Shown here: one piece after another, positions 26,280 to 39,131 of the stretch
Layout of the letters: each line of letters begins with the position of its first letter
How positions within the stretch are numbered: the stretch's first letter is position 1
From: Leucoraja erinacea
Taxonomy: Eukaryota
DNA: 64,000 bases
Reading direction: 5' to 3'
Assembly: GCF_028641065.1 (NCBI RefSeq)
Contig: NC_073396.1
Location: 18,228,001-18,292,000 of the forward strand
The notes under the pieces: generated by a model
Databases searched by the model: none
Told to the model about the DNA's origin: nothing
What the model saw: only the letters and a program-made list of their open reading frames with translations
Made by a program: the position numbers and the translations under genes

Positions 26280-26316
26280 AGATCGTTCTGAACCAGCAAG
26301 TGGGACATCGAAAGCA
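26280..26316 (+). CDS. RBBP6: RBBP6 exon 3
   Basis: tttccag|A GAT CGT..DRSEPASGTSKA|gtatgt; 37 nt, phase fits exons 2 and 4. Confidence 0.93.
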
Positions 26317-26379
26317 GTATGTAAAACAAAAATACAATCTGAACCTTTCTATTGGTTAAATCTAAGTTGCTGTTTTTAG
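26317..26379 (+). CDS. RBBP6: Putative read-through terminal segment of a DWNN-only short isoform (VCKTKIQSEPFYWLNLSCCF*)
   Basis: In-frame read-through of the exon 3 donor to TAG at 26377-26379; AATAAA at 26742 and 26962. Confidence 0.6.
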   Translation, partial: VCKTKIQSEPFYWLNLSCCF

Positions 26380-27991
26380 TAAATGCTATTCATAAGTCAT
26401 TAATGTTTTTGAGTGCTTAAATGCCTAAAGCAGGTATACATACCTGGCAAGGTCATGTTTTGTAATGCAAAGTACATTCGTAATATTTTAATGCTGTTGG
26501 GCAACACTTAGTGATAGTTGCCCTACCTACAGAATAATTATGTGTGTGACCTGATAGTGCAAGGTAAAGCACTGTATTTCATATTGAAACTGGAACTTAA
26601 CTTTAGGGTGCAGTCTGTAACAGATCAGTGTATGATTTTTAGAGACTGGTTTAACAGTTTGCTGTGGAGAACATGAAAGTGTTCCTGCAATGTCTGTCTT
26701 TTAGCATTATGTGTATAGGGTTTTATGTGCATTTTCCTTCAAATAAAGAATGTCTGAAGTGTATTATCTTCCATTTCACATTGTATCACTAATGTTTTTA
26801 ATGCTTTATTAGGTATGATTTAATGGTTTAAAAGGTTGCTTTACACTATCATAAGTCACATGAAAAGCATGCTAGATGACTGATTGTAAATGAAATGCTG
26901 AATTTGTGCAGTAACAACTTTCCTATAACTTTCATATCAGTATATATTATATTTGAGCTCAAATAAACAAAATTTACCACATCTAGAATATATATGTTAA
27001 ATAATGTCTTTGTTGTTTTGATTCCCACCCCTCCCCTTCCTGTTCCCAACTTTACAAGTAGAAGTTAGTAGGATTTTGTGGTGTTCTTAAAACAGTTGTT
27101 AATTTTATATATGTATTAGTAACAAGCCGATGTTTCATACATTATGTATTTTATTTCATACCGTTACACCACAGAAATCTCCTGACTTGTCAATTTAAAG
27201 TACAGATCTGGCTGTTTTCTTCTGCAATTTCGACAAGTTTTTGTTTGAGCCATTTTATCAAATATTGATTTGTTTTTTTAAAAAGCACTGAATTTCTGTA
27301 GTCAGACACACATAGAATTAAGTTGTTGAATAAATGTAGCTATTGAGTACTTGATTTTATTTTCAATATCCGAACATGCAAGTGTTGTGATATGTAAACT
27401 GCAAAGTTATTATTCTTTGAGGACTTACTTTAAATTGTTAGAAGCAACTTAACTGAGTCAATTTAAAGTTGTTTTCTATTGCTTTATTGGTTGTTAGTTC
27501 AGTGAAGTAATATTTAAAAGAAAACTAGTTTTTCTGCTTTGATTAAATATAACAGTAGATTTGAAAATTGATGATTTTTTGTATTACTGGCTATATGAAC
27601 AAGGCTTAGCTGTGTGGCCATTTACAAAAATATTTAGCACTTCATGAATGTAAAAAGAATAAAGATATTTTTTAGTAGTTTTTAACTTAGAGCTAATGAT
27701 TTTCTGAAGTCTACTTTGGGGAAGAGGATTTGGGAATTCCATAATCATTGCACTAACTGAGCACAAATCTGATTTTTGCCATAATATTTCTAAACAATAT
27801 TGTTTCATTCTTGGCCTTCAAAATGGGTTGCAGTAGTTTTATAACACATTTGTTAGATAGGTTGTGGATTTAACTGATGAAACCCATGGATTTTAAAAGC
27901 AAGAAAGCTGTATACTTCACACATTACCATCGAGAACATGGAAATCTTCATGTTTTTGATGTTTGTGAGTTGAGAGTAGATTCATTTAGTC

Positions 27992-28160
27992 CAATGGTTC
28001 TTAATCTTTTTGGCATACGTATGTGCATACACAAACACAATACTGCATGTGGTATGTGCCTTTGTTAGGTTCCTAAAAATGGGCTAAAAAAATGGATATG
28101 TTATTTATGACCCCTTCATGTCCCCTGGTAAAGTCCCGACCCCCAGGTTAAGAACCACTG
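27992..28160. mobile_element. hAT-Charlie-like MITE
   Basis: TIRs CAATGGTTCTTAATCT / AGGTTAAGAACCACTG; TSD ATTTAGTC / ATTTAGCC. Confidence 0.75.
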
Positions 28161-31100
28161 ATTTAGCCCAACCCAGGTCTGAATTTGTCCTCCACCACTG
28201 CCAGAGTGATACCACACGCAAACTGGAAGGACATCACTTGCTAGGCTTTGCCCAACTTCTAAATCACTTTTCCAGCTTTCCTGTACTCTGTCAGACACCA
28301 CAGATGCTGTCTTGCCCACTAAGTTCCTCCAGCACTTTTTTGCTCAAAATTCTCATATCTGCAGTTGCTGGAAGTGCTTCACAAGTGGTTTACTTGAATG
28401 CCAATATCCCCTTTAATGTTATTCTCCAAATGACAATGTGATGAACGACCAGCAAGTCTCTTACCTGTGATATACAATATATCATATTGTGGTCTTGTAA
28501 TAGTATTTTATTTAGCTTTCATGTGTGGAAAGCTTCACAGGCACAATGTCAAAATCTGCCACAAAGGTATCAAAGGGTATGCTATCCTAACATAAATCTG
28601 AAGGGGATGGCAAAGAGAAGCATGCAGAGGTTAGGGAAATCATTTCTGAAGATAAGGACCCAGCTAGTTGGAACTGCAAATTGTGAAGTAAGTGAAAATC
28701 AAGTTGCTTGTGGCCAAAACTTAAGTGGTAAAACCTTAAGAAATAATAGAGAACGAGTCTTAGATTTAAATGCAAGGATGAGAATATTAAAATCGATGCA
28801 CTATCTGACTGGGCATAAAAACAGAAAATGCTGAAAAAAGTTAACAGTTCAGGCAGCATCTACAAAAAAAGAAACAGTCAAAATTTTAGGTTTGCTGCCC
28901 TTGGTCAAATCATCTTGATCTCAAGTGGCATAGAGTTGTAGAGAGGTATAACATGGCCACAGGCAATTCGGTCAGCAGAATCCCTGATGATCATCAACCA
29001 CCCATTTACACTATAATCTACATTAATCCCATTTTTATTCTCTCCACATCTCCTGTCCAAACAGGTAACCCCCCTCCCGATTCTACCCTTCATCTATCTA
29101 CACATGCGGGACAATTTACAATGACCAATTAAACTCCCTAGTTTGCATGTCTTTGGGATGTGGTGAGAACCCAAAGCACCCAGGGAAAATCCATTGGTCA
29201 CAGGGTGAATGTACAAATTCCACACACAGGAGCCAAAGTGGAGAGAAAAATGTGGGAGTCGATGTTACAAGTAGATTTTCAGCAGCAACTGAGGGAAGAG
29301 CTAAGTGATGTCATAAAGTTGAGATTATTTAAAACTCGTCCTGGGTTTGAATAAGACACCAAGATGACAAGTTGTCTGGTTCATCATCTCCAGGGTGAGG
29401 CAATGAATTGTCTTGAGTAATTGAGTTTAGAATCAAAACTGAAAATTATGTTGACAAGGAAAATTTCAGTTAATCAAAACTTGCTATGTGGCCAATATTG
29501 TAACACTTTATCATGGAGTGTGTTCTGGAAAGGTAGTGGAGCAGTTGCTCAGGGTAATTGGGGTAATTGGATGTGGTGAAACATGTAAATGGAAGAATGA
29601 TCCAACTGTGGAATGGGGCATTACCAAATATGAATACAAGTGGTGGCCAGTTATGTTTAAATTGAACCAGGAGTGATATTAATTTTGATTGGAGATACAT
29701 GATTGGAAGGGTTTAAGTGTATAGCTATTATAAGTTGGAAGATGGCATTTTGGGGGATGAAGTGTTGCATTTGAAATTGACATTGTGGTAGCTGTTGTAT
29801 ATAGTTGTCATGTGCACAGTTATGAATCTTGCCCAGAATGAATTTACTATCCACCTACACATTTCATTAAAACAATACTTTTGTTTAAATACAGTTCCAT
29901 AATTCCTCATGTGAATGCTTCAAATCACTGGTTCTCAGTCATAAAAAGAGAGAGCATGGAAACTGGCCCTTTCGTCCACCCAATTTACACTAATCATTGG
30001 CCATCCATTTACATTATTCCCACGTTGGTGCTATTTATTTAAATTCATCCCATATTGTTATCTGCTCCCCCTAGATTCCACACTCACCACACAATGGACA
30101 ATTTCCAGTGGCTGAGTAATTTATCATCCTGCATATCATTGGGATGTGTGAGAATCTGGGGGATATGTTACAGGGAAATCATCCAAACTCCACACAGAAA
30201 TCTGGTTTATAATACAATAGATATGTTCATAAGAAACCTAGTATTGTAGAAAACGATTATTTTGATGGGGATTTGGGGCTAGAGAGTTTGATTGGCTAGA
30301 AGTTATGTATTCCTGCATTAAAAACAAAATTGAGATAGCTAGGTTTAATTTTGGCACTACAACCTAAAAATACCAAAAGCGGTATGTTATATGTAATAGA
30401 GTACAAGGCCCATTCTTTGGAAAGTGAACCAAAATGATACACACTTTGTGATACATTAAAAAATTCTTGTAAGAGATTATTCTTATTCATTGTTGTTTTC
30501 CTACCTACAGAACTATAATGCATGTCTGCAAAAGATATGAACATTCTAGCTGCTTAAAATTCAGTTTGTACAATGCTTCCGTGTGATGTCACACACATGA
30601 CCACTCCTATTTTACCTCAGTCCCTAAACAAACATCGTCAGCATAAGATATACAATTTTCACTTGGTAAACCGAAAAAATATGAATCGTATATGCAGTAC
30701 AAAACTATATACCTGTAATGTTTTCAGAATTAGAAGAGAGGTATTCCACAATTTTTCATCCTTTTGGTCACACACGTGACTAAGAATGGGCTGCAAGTGC
30801 ATTGCACAGGTGTCAATCGAATCAATGCCTTTCTGTGATTAAACCGGCAGCCGTGTTCTTAAGAGACAATGAGGTCTGATTTCTGTGGGGGCTTTACATG
30901 TTTTCCTTCTAACATTGATGTTTTGTTCCCTAAGACAGCATTTTTTCTGCTTGTCAATTTCCAAAGGAACTTTTAAGTGGTTCTAATTCCCAATCAAAGT
31001 TGCATATAACCAAGTTGCCCACGTTACAAAGTTAATGTTTCCTAATTGATCAGTCATATTATATCCAATTTGCATTATAGAAACACGATTTTAGCAGAAC

Positions 31101-31684
31101 TACCTGCCCTCTAATGTTTTCTTGAGTTGCTATAGTTTGGTTACATTCATTTCTGGACATGCCCTGGTTTTGATGATGCTGTCATCATAATGTAAATTTA
31201 GTATGTTAATTTTCCAAAATCTGTATGCTGTAATGTTTAACCCATTAGCTTGATATTTGTTTGTTTATTCTTTTTCCAATGATTGTCTTGTTCTTTTACT
31301 TTTAGTATTTTTAGTGCCACAAATTCACAGTCTTTCTTTATTCTGTTTTGTCAAGTTTTATCCTTTTGCTCACGGAAGCAACAGGGGAAGGCAAGAGAAA
31401 GAGGTGTCAGACCTAGTTGCCAGACTGCAGGGAAAGCTGAATGAGGTCAGTGTTGAGCAGTAGTAGAGGGCTATACAATGTATTTAATGGGAGAACTATG
31501 GAAGGAATAGATAAGGTAGATGGGTTTCAATGGAAGTGAGACGGTTCTCATATTCTTGGTATTGCAGGCTCTTGAATAATAAAAATGCTCATCTGAATTA
31601 AAGCCCTTCTCAGAAACTTGTTCCTGATTCAGTAACTTGTAGATTCAAAACTGCATATTAGCATGTTTTAAATATTTAAATGGC

Positions 31685-31722
31685 TTGTAATAGCACTAAA
31701 AGAGTTTTTAGTGCTATTACAA
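31685..31722. repeat. Perfect 17-bp inverted repeat with 4-nt loop
   Basis: TTGTAATAGCACTAAAA-GAGT-TTTTAGTGCTATTACAA. Confidence 0.95.
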
Positions 31723-32582
31723 TATTGAAATAGTTACTTGATGACCAACTAATTTTTAAATGACTAGGGTGGTGTTTTAAAATGGCCAGATCTTTGCTTA
31801 ACATTTATCCACATTCAGGCAAGCAAAACTACAGCATTGATACACAAAATCCATTAACAGCTAGTGATGCGCTTAGTTCTGGTAAAGTGTTAGAAATATC
31901 TGATGCTGCTGACATTTAGAAACGGCACAAGATTTTCATTTTGTCAATGGTGATCATAGGGAACAGATGGTACAAAGTGACTCTTGATCGGCAGGGGGGC
32001 ACAGCAAGGTCAGTACTCTACATATTGTACCCAGTATTGAATAGAGGGTCTGTTTATACTTATGTCCATAGTCAATTTTGGCCATGTCAGAAAATGCATA
32101 AAAATAACTTTATGGTAATCGTGCCTCCACAGTATTGTAATGAATGGTATCAAAAGCACAGTAAGGAATTATTCAGTGGAGTGAGGGGGAAACCAGTTCT
32201 GTCATTAGTAGAAATGAACGTCTATATGTACGTACATTGAACTTTTGAAATTAATAATATGGGTGTTTGTTCCTGTGTATGGACTATAACTTATATTTAT
32301 TGTGAAACTGTTGGTCTTGAGTTTATGCCTCGAGGATACTCTTATTAGAACCGTACTTGGCAATTTCCAATTTCATTTGATTGAAAGAAGTATTTAACCA
32401 GTTTGTATTGGGTGACACCGCTAACAGAAATGCTTGCTCTCCGTTCCAGTAACCCAGAACCAATTCTGAGCTGCTCAGTCCTCGAGGAGTTTGTGTATTC
32501 ACCTAGTGACATGCGTGTTTCCTCCCCCATCCCAAAGATATGCTGGTTGGTAGGTTAATTGGCCACTTAAATCGTTCCTATC

Positions 32583-32780
32583 GTCTGCCTCAGAGGGTGG
32601 TGGAGGCCGGTTCTCTGGATACTTTCAAGAGAGCTAGATAAGGCTCTTAAAAATAGCGGTCAGGGGATATGGGGTGAAGACAGGAACGTGGTACTGATTG
32701 TGGATGATCAGTCATGATCACATTGATTGGGCGGTGCTGGCTCGAAGGGCCAAATGGCCTACTTCTGGACCTATTGTCTA
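32583..32780 (+). mobile_element. CR1 3' UTR fragment within an older SINE
   Basis: Closely matches 20130-20310; flanked on both sides by V-SINE-like sequence. Confidence 0.75.
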
Positions 32781-34189
32781 TAAATAAGTGGTAGAATCCA
32801 TGGAAGGAGTATAGTTGAAATGTGGGAGGAATAAAAAGTGTTGGGGTAGGATGTAAATGATTGATAGGCTTGGTAGGTGGAAGAACCTATTTCCATGTTG
32901 TATCCTTGTACAACTATAGATCAGCTATAGATAATGTGAATGCCAGTGAATATTGGGTGATTTTTGATGTAGAGCATGGAAACAGGCTTCTTGACTTACA
33001 GTCTGTGCCAACACATCAAACATAGATTTACACTACTCCCATACTAATCACATTTATTGTTTCCACAATCCCATTAATTGCTGAGATTCTACCATATCCT
33101 AAATGCTTGGGACAATTTATAGTGCCAATTAATTTACCAACATTCATGTCTTTAGCATTTGGCAGGAAACCAGAACACTCCAAAGAAATGTGCATGGGCA
33201 AAGGGAGAATGGGCAAACTGCACAAAGCTCTAGAGGTTTGGAGCCTGAAGCAGCAGCTCTACTGCCATTGCCACTTTATTTTTAATAGGCAGCAAGCTGC
33301 ACAGTGGTGCATCTAGTAGAGCTACTGCCTCAAGGCGCCAGAGATGCGGGTATGACCCTGACCTCGAGCGCCGTCTATTGTGTGGACGCTGCACGTTCTG
33401 ACTGACCGCATGGGCTTCCTCCAGGTGCTCTGGTTTCTTCTGGTTACTTATGGCCCACTTGGTTACATATTAAAATGAATCTAATTAATGAGACGCTCTT
33501 AGCCAACTTGTCTTTCCAAATATATATTTTGTCCTTCAACCTCTTCAGCAACCTATCTATGTTGGAGGATCTTGTGGCCTGGTGACTTCATTGGGTGTAG
33601 ATTTAATGTACAGATACTTCCAGACTTCAACTGGATTTGTTATTCTGCCATTAGAGGGGGTTTGTAGAGCAGGATCCCTGCACAAGCATTGAAAAAGTGG
33701 AGGAAATTATTGTTTGTCATAGTTATCACAGACGTGCAGTGGGGCTGAATTTCTTTATATCTGGATCAAATGTAGGATCAGGATGTTTTATAAGTACATT
33801 ATGGGAAGGCGGGTAACGAGAGAGAAAATGCCCTGAGGAAAGCAAAGAGGTTGTCTTTGTGCGGATCTTCAATTCGTTCTTTTTTTCTGTTTTTACTGTG
33901 GAGGAAGACATGGTTCAAGGAACTTGGTACAGTTAATGGAGATGTGTTGAGGACAGTCCGTATTATGGCTGAGGAGTTACTGACCATACTAAGACATAGT
34001 ACGGAGGGGAGAGTACAAGGCCTAGCAAACGATAGGAGAATACGTGAAGGGAGGGTATTTCATCCTCGGCAGGTTGGACAAAAGCCAGCGACGAAAAGGC
34101 AGTGTGAGATATGGATAGAAGTTGTACAAATTGTGAAGTCAAAGGAAGGTTTAATTGGAAGGGGAGAAATGTTTGTGACCCTAGGTGTA

Positions 34190-34790
34190 GCACAAGGAAG
34201 AGAGGGGGGGAAGGGAAAACAAAAGTGGGGAGGTTTGTACGCTAGTTAACTGAAATTGAATAATTCAAAGTTCATACCAATAGGTTTGTAGGCTACTCGA
34301 GCAGACAATGAGATGCTATTCCTTCATTTAATGTGTGGCTTCAAACTAGCAATGGAGGAGACCCAGGGCAAAATGGCTAGCAACCGGGAGATCCAGCAAA
34401 CCTTTGAGGACTGAGTGCAGTTGTTCAGCGAGACTACATAGTTTACATTTGGTCTTGTCGAAGTAAAAACTAGAACACCAAATGCAGTAAATGATGAGCT
34501 CAGGGGAGGTGCATCTGGAAGAACTGCTGAGGTTCATGGATGGAGGCGATGGAAGAGGTATAGGGACAGCGTAGTACCTCTGCGGTTTCAAGGGAAAGCT
34601 TCAGGGTACTAGGTGGTTTCGGTTGGAAGGGACGAGTGAACCAAGGAGTTGCTGACGGAGTGGACTCTGGAAAGCAGAAAGGTGTTGGGATAAGAAGTGA
34701 CGGAAATGTCAGAGAATTATGTGTTGGATGCAGAGGCTGTTGGAGTGGAAGGTGTGGACCAACTGGGCCACAGCCTATGAGAGGAGTCCA
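34190..34790 (-). mobile_element. Degenerate Penelope-like GIY-YIG fragment
   Basis: RCTSPELIIYCIWCSSFYFDKTKCKL..LAEQLHSV..LPVASHF. Confidence 0.7.
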
Positions 34791-37700
34791 ACAGTACGGG
34801 AACAGTCCGCTGAGGCAGCCGAGGAGTCACGATACCGGTCTGCAAAGTCGGCTTCAGAATTTGGCTCTGGGAACGTTCAAGTGCACTCTGTTTTGTCCAG
34901 ATTAAAGGAGGTGCCAGACCACCAGTTGCTGGAAAATCTGTGGTGGACCTGTATGCGTTTCCAAATAGAAAATTTGGTAATAAGTTGTTGCTAACATTTT
35001 ACAGAGATGGTAGACAGCATATGAACTATTGTAATGTTACATACATGTAATTGATGAACATTAGCATTTTCATGGTATTGATGGAAAATAATGCTTCAAC
35101 AAATACATGTGTCTAAAGTGAGGAATGCAGCATTTTTTGGATGTGAACAGGCACATAACTGATAAGCAATTAATACTAAAGAGCAGTTCTGTCCAGGGAA
35201 GATGTGCTAAACTATTAGTTATCTGTACATATGCAAATATCTTGGAACATGACATACATTTGGAAACAACAATAAAATTTGGAGAAATTTCAATTATATT
35301 GATCTTGTGTTAGGCAATGTGATTGAAATTTGCAAGACTGGGCCAGGCTGAGGAACATCAATGGATACATTATTTGTGAAGCAGCAAGTGGGCTTGAACT
35401 GTCAAAACTAATTGAAGTGTCATGTCTAATGCATGAGCAGATAATTAAACTAAATTGTGCCTCTGTTCTGAATGAATTCAAATTCAACAAAAATGGATTT
35501 TGGGATGCACTCTAGTGCATTTAGATTAATGCACTCCGATTTTGTTGTAAAGTGCAGGATAAATAATAGTGCTTTCAAAAAAGTCAAATGTCCATACTAA
35601 TGAATAGTTCCAATGTCGTTTCCCTGGTCTTAAGTCATTTGCTCCAGAAATTTTGTAACATAGATATTATTTACGTGGGAAGTATTGTTGTTGCCGATCA
35701 TTTTGTATTTACTTAAAAGTCTTGCATTTTGTGTCATGATTTTTATGAGGCCATAAAGAAGCAGTTTATAGTGTTGAGCTGAGGATTCATTGAAATCAAG
35801 TCGCAAATGCCCTCAAACATGGGTTTGTGGCAAAATTCCAGATTCTATATCCTTAATGTCGTTAAGCACATTTTTCAAGCTTGCTATTTTTCTTGACCTA
35901 ATATTATTATCCTCCCTGGGAAAAGCTTCATCTCATTAATCATTCATATTCAGAGATCTCAGGAGAAAACATTTTTTTGTAATTGTAAACTCGTATCTTC
36001 CTACACTTTTCTTTGTCCTTTTAGTATGCACTTGCTATAATTCCAAACTGTGTGCAATAATGTTTAATTTCTTTGTGTGTAATGTCATCTGTATTTTTTC
36101 TGCAAAAAGGAGAAACGTGATTTTAACGTATTTTAAGATCTGGCTTTGTATATGCTTCAGATATCAGCATGGAAATATGCCTTTGATCATGTCCAGAGGT
36201 CTTTGTTGACCAAGTAGTTGGGGCAGGTACATTAAGAGCATTTAAATTATTTGGACGGGTACGTAGATTGGAACGGTATAGAGGGATATAGACCAAAAGC
36301 TGGCAAATGGAATTAGCTTTGATGTGGTATCATCGTTGCATGGACGAGTTGGGCTATTTCCATGTTGTATGGCTCTGTCAAGTACCCATTTCTACTAATC
36401 CTACTTTATCCTTTCATGAACTTCACTCATTCGGCAATTCACAATGCCCAAATAACCTACCAGCCTGTAAATACTTGATGTGGCACACAAAAAAAATAAA
36501 GCACATCCAGAGAAAATCAATAATTTATTGCTCTATTCTATTTGATATCTTGACTATTCTAACATAAATGTCATTCTCTCCCTTTCTGTCAAGCAGTGTG
36601 GCTTCATTTTAAATTCTGTATTGACCTGCATCGTCTGCCTACTCCCCTTCCTGTTAGCATGAAATGTCTCAATCCTTCATGCTTTAATTTCTGATTCACA
36701 CAATCATACTTGTTGCTGTTCAGATACTAAACAAATGTTAAGTGTATCTGCAAATCTCCTTCAGTTTGTCACTAAATTTTCAAATGGAGCAATCCCTATT
36801 ATTGAGGCATTTGTGTGTGATAGAAGCAAATAATTCCATATTTGCTGCTGTTTCCGAACAAGAAAATAGCCGCTTTCCAAAGGCATCTTTTACCCAAAAC
36901 ATTTATGTAAATGACAAGCCTGTTTTTTGACCAACAGAAGCTTTGGGCACTTAAGGCTAAGTAATTAGCTGATATTCTGAAATTGTGGGTGACCTATTTT
37001 GTCAATTTGTTTTGCGGTCCATACCGTTTAATTTCACCAGTGGGTTGTGGAGTAGGGAGGAAGGTTGTGATGTGGATTTTTTTAAATCACCATACTAGTT
37101 AATGTCTTAATGCAACACTTAAAACTGAGAAATGTTTCCAGGTGAAGAGTTTTGCCTTCACAGCTTCTCACTCTATAGTATTCCACCTGTATCTGCTTTC
37201 CAAATACTGCTAAGCTTTTTTGATGTAAAATTAAAACATTTTATAAACAGGTTAGAATGTGTGACATAAATAAAAATGAAATTAAATCCAGCAATTTCCC
37301 ATATACTTACTGGTGGCATTGTTAACAAGTTGCAGTGTCCCTTTTTCCATTCATAGATTTGTCCACATTTATTGTGTCATCCAGGTGATTACTCCATGCT
37401 GTAGAGGCATATCATATATCATATATGAAACTAAGAATTTCACTCATGATTTTTGAATAAATATGGATATCCATATTTATTTTCCCCATAAAAAGCAATA
37501 AACCAATCATGGGGAAAATAGTTAGACCGTATTTGTGAATAGTAAAACACAGTGAAAGAATGTGGGTCAAGTTGTCTCATCAGAATTTTATTTCTAATTC
37601 AAAAATTGTTACTAAGGGAGGAAGTGTGCAAAGAACCATGGGGAAGGCGGGAAAGTGACATTCGGCCTTTCTTCATCCCCGTCCTTTCACAGTTTTGTCC

Positions 37701-38455
37701 ATTGTTTTCTCTTAACTTTGTCCTCAATTCTTTGCAACTTGTTTTATTTCTAACTTCTTTTCATCAGTACTACTTAATGACTTGAAATTATAATCAATTT
37801 CTCTGTTCAATGTTGCTGCTTGACCTGAATATCCTCCAGCTTTTCCTATCTTAGCTTCAAAATTCTATCATGGGTATATTTTGCTTTATTTGGTGCTTGT
37901 AATACAGACTGTAGGTATTGTAGTTAGTCAATGTTATAGAGTACAAGGAATGCGGTGCACCTGGAATGTACTGTTATTCTTTGCAGATACTATTATTGAA
38001 CATCAGTTCAACATTAAGTTGTGCATTTGGATCTAAAAACATAGTGAATGCACTATGCTTTTTCCAAGGGTATGGGTAGAAAGAACTAGGGGAACAGGTT
38101 TAAGGTATGAGGGGAAAAATTTAATAGGAACTATCCACACAGGGTGGGCGGGTATGTGGAAAAGCTGCAAGAGGAAGCAGTTGAGGCAGGTACAATAACA
38201 ACATTTTAAAAGACATTTAGATAGAAAGATGGTTAGGAAAGATTTAGAAGGAAAAGGGTCAAACACGGATAGATGGGACTATCTTATATGGGGCATCTTG
38301 GACGAGTTGAGCCATCGGGCTTGTTTCCATGTTGTATGACTATGACTTGGATTGCCAAGGCTGCTCATTGCATTCTACTTTCAGCTGACATTTGTAACAA
38401 ACATATGTAAAAGCTAAAGCCCCTGCATGTGTAAAACTGGTTTTGTCCAACCAGT

Positions 38456-38483
38456 CTGAAGAAGGGTCTCGACCCGAAACATT
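38456..38483 (+). ncRNA. Minimal hammerhead-ribozyme-like motif in a Penelope-derived repeat
   Basis: CTGAAGA-A-GGGT(CTCG)ACCC-GAAAC-ATT; helix I is weak. Confidence 0.5.
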
Positions 38484-39086
38484 TCCTTCGTTCCATAGAT
38501 GCTGCCTCACCTGCTGAGTTTCTCCAGCACTTTTGTCTACCTTGTACAATCGGTCCTATCAGACCCGTAAAAATTGGAACAATTTGTTTGAGTTATAGCT
38601 TCAGTAACACTTCATTTTTAGTTTTGATCAGAATATTCCTTACAACTGCAAGGATTCTGTTATAACCTAAGCAGTTTAAACGTGTCCTCAAGACACTCTT
38701 GATGCTTTTTGCGCTTCCTTGTAATTGTAGAACCGAACAGTAGGTTTGATGCAAAATATGCCAAAGAGAGCCAGTACAAATGTTCTGCATGCCACATTTA
38801 AATTCTTCAAATTATTTTCTTTGCTGAAGCAACTGTACAAATTCACATACTAATTTAAGGGTCAAGCTCTTGTAATAACATCCCTATTCTTCTATTAAAG
38901 TGCATTGCTATGTAGTGTGAATTTTCTTTTTTCTCGTGTGCGCGCACACACACGCAGGCACACACACATGCAAAAAGGTGAGTTTGCAAATGGAACATTA
39001 TTAGTAAACAAGCTATCTGTTTGGGTTAAAAATATGTGCCTTATGTTTTAAATGTGAATGTCTGTATTTAATTCTTCCATTAACAG

Positions 39087-39131
39087 ATTGATGACTCTGG
39101 AACCTCTATCTCACTGGCCCAGCTTACAAAG
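39087..39131 (+). CDS. RBBP6: RBBP6 exon 4
   Basis: taacag|IDDSGTSISLAQLTK|gtagaa. Confidence 0.95.
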
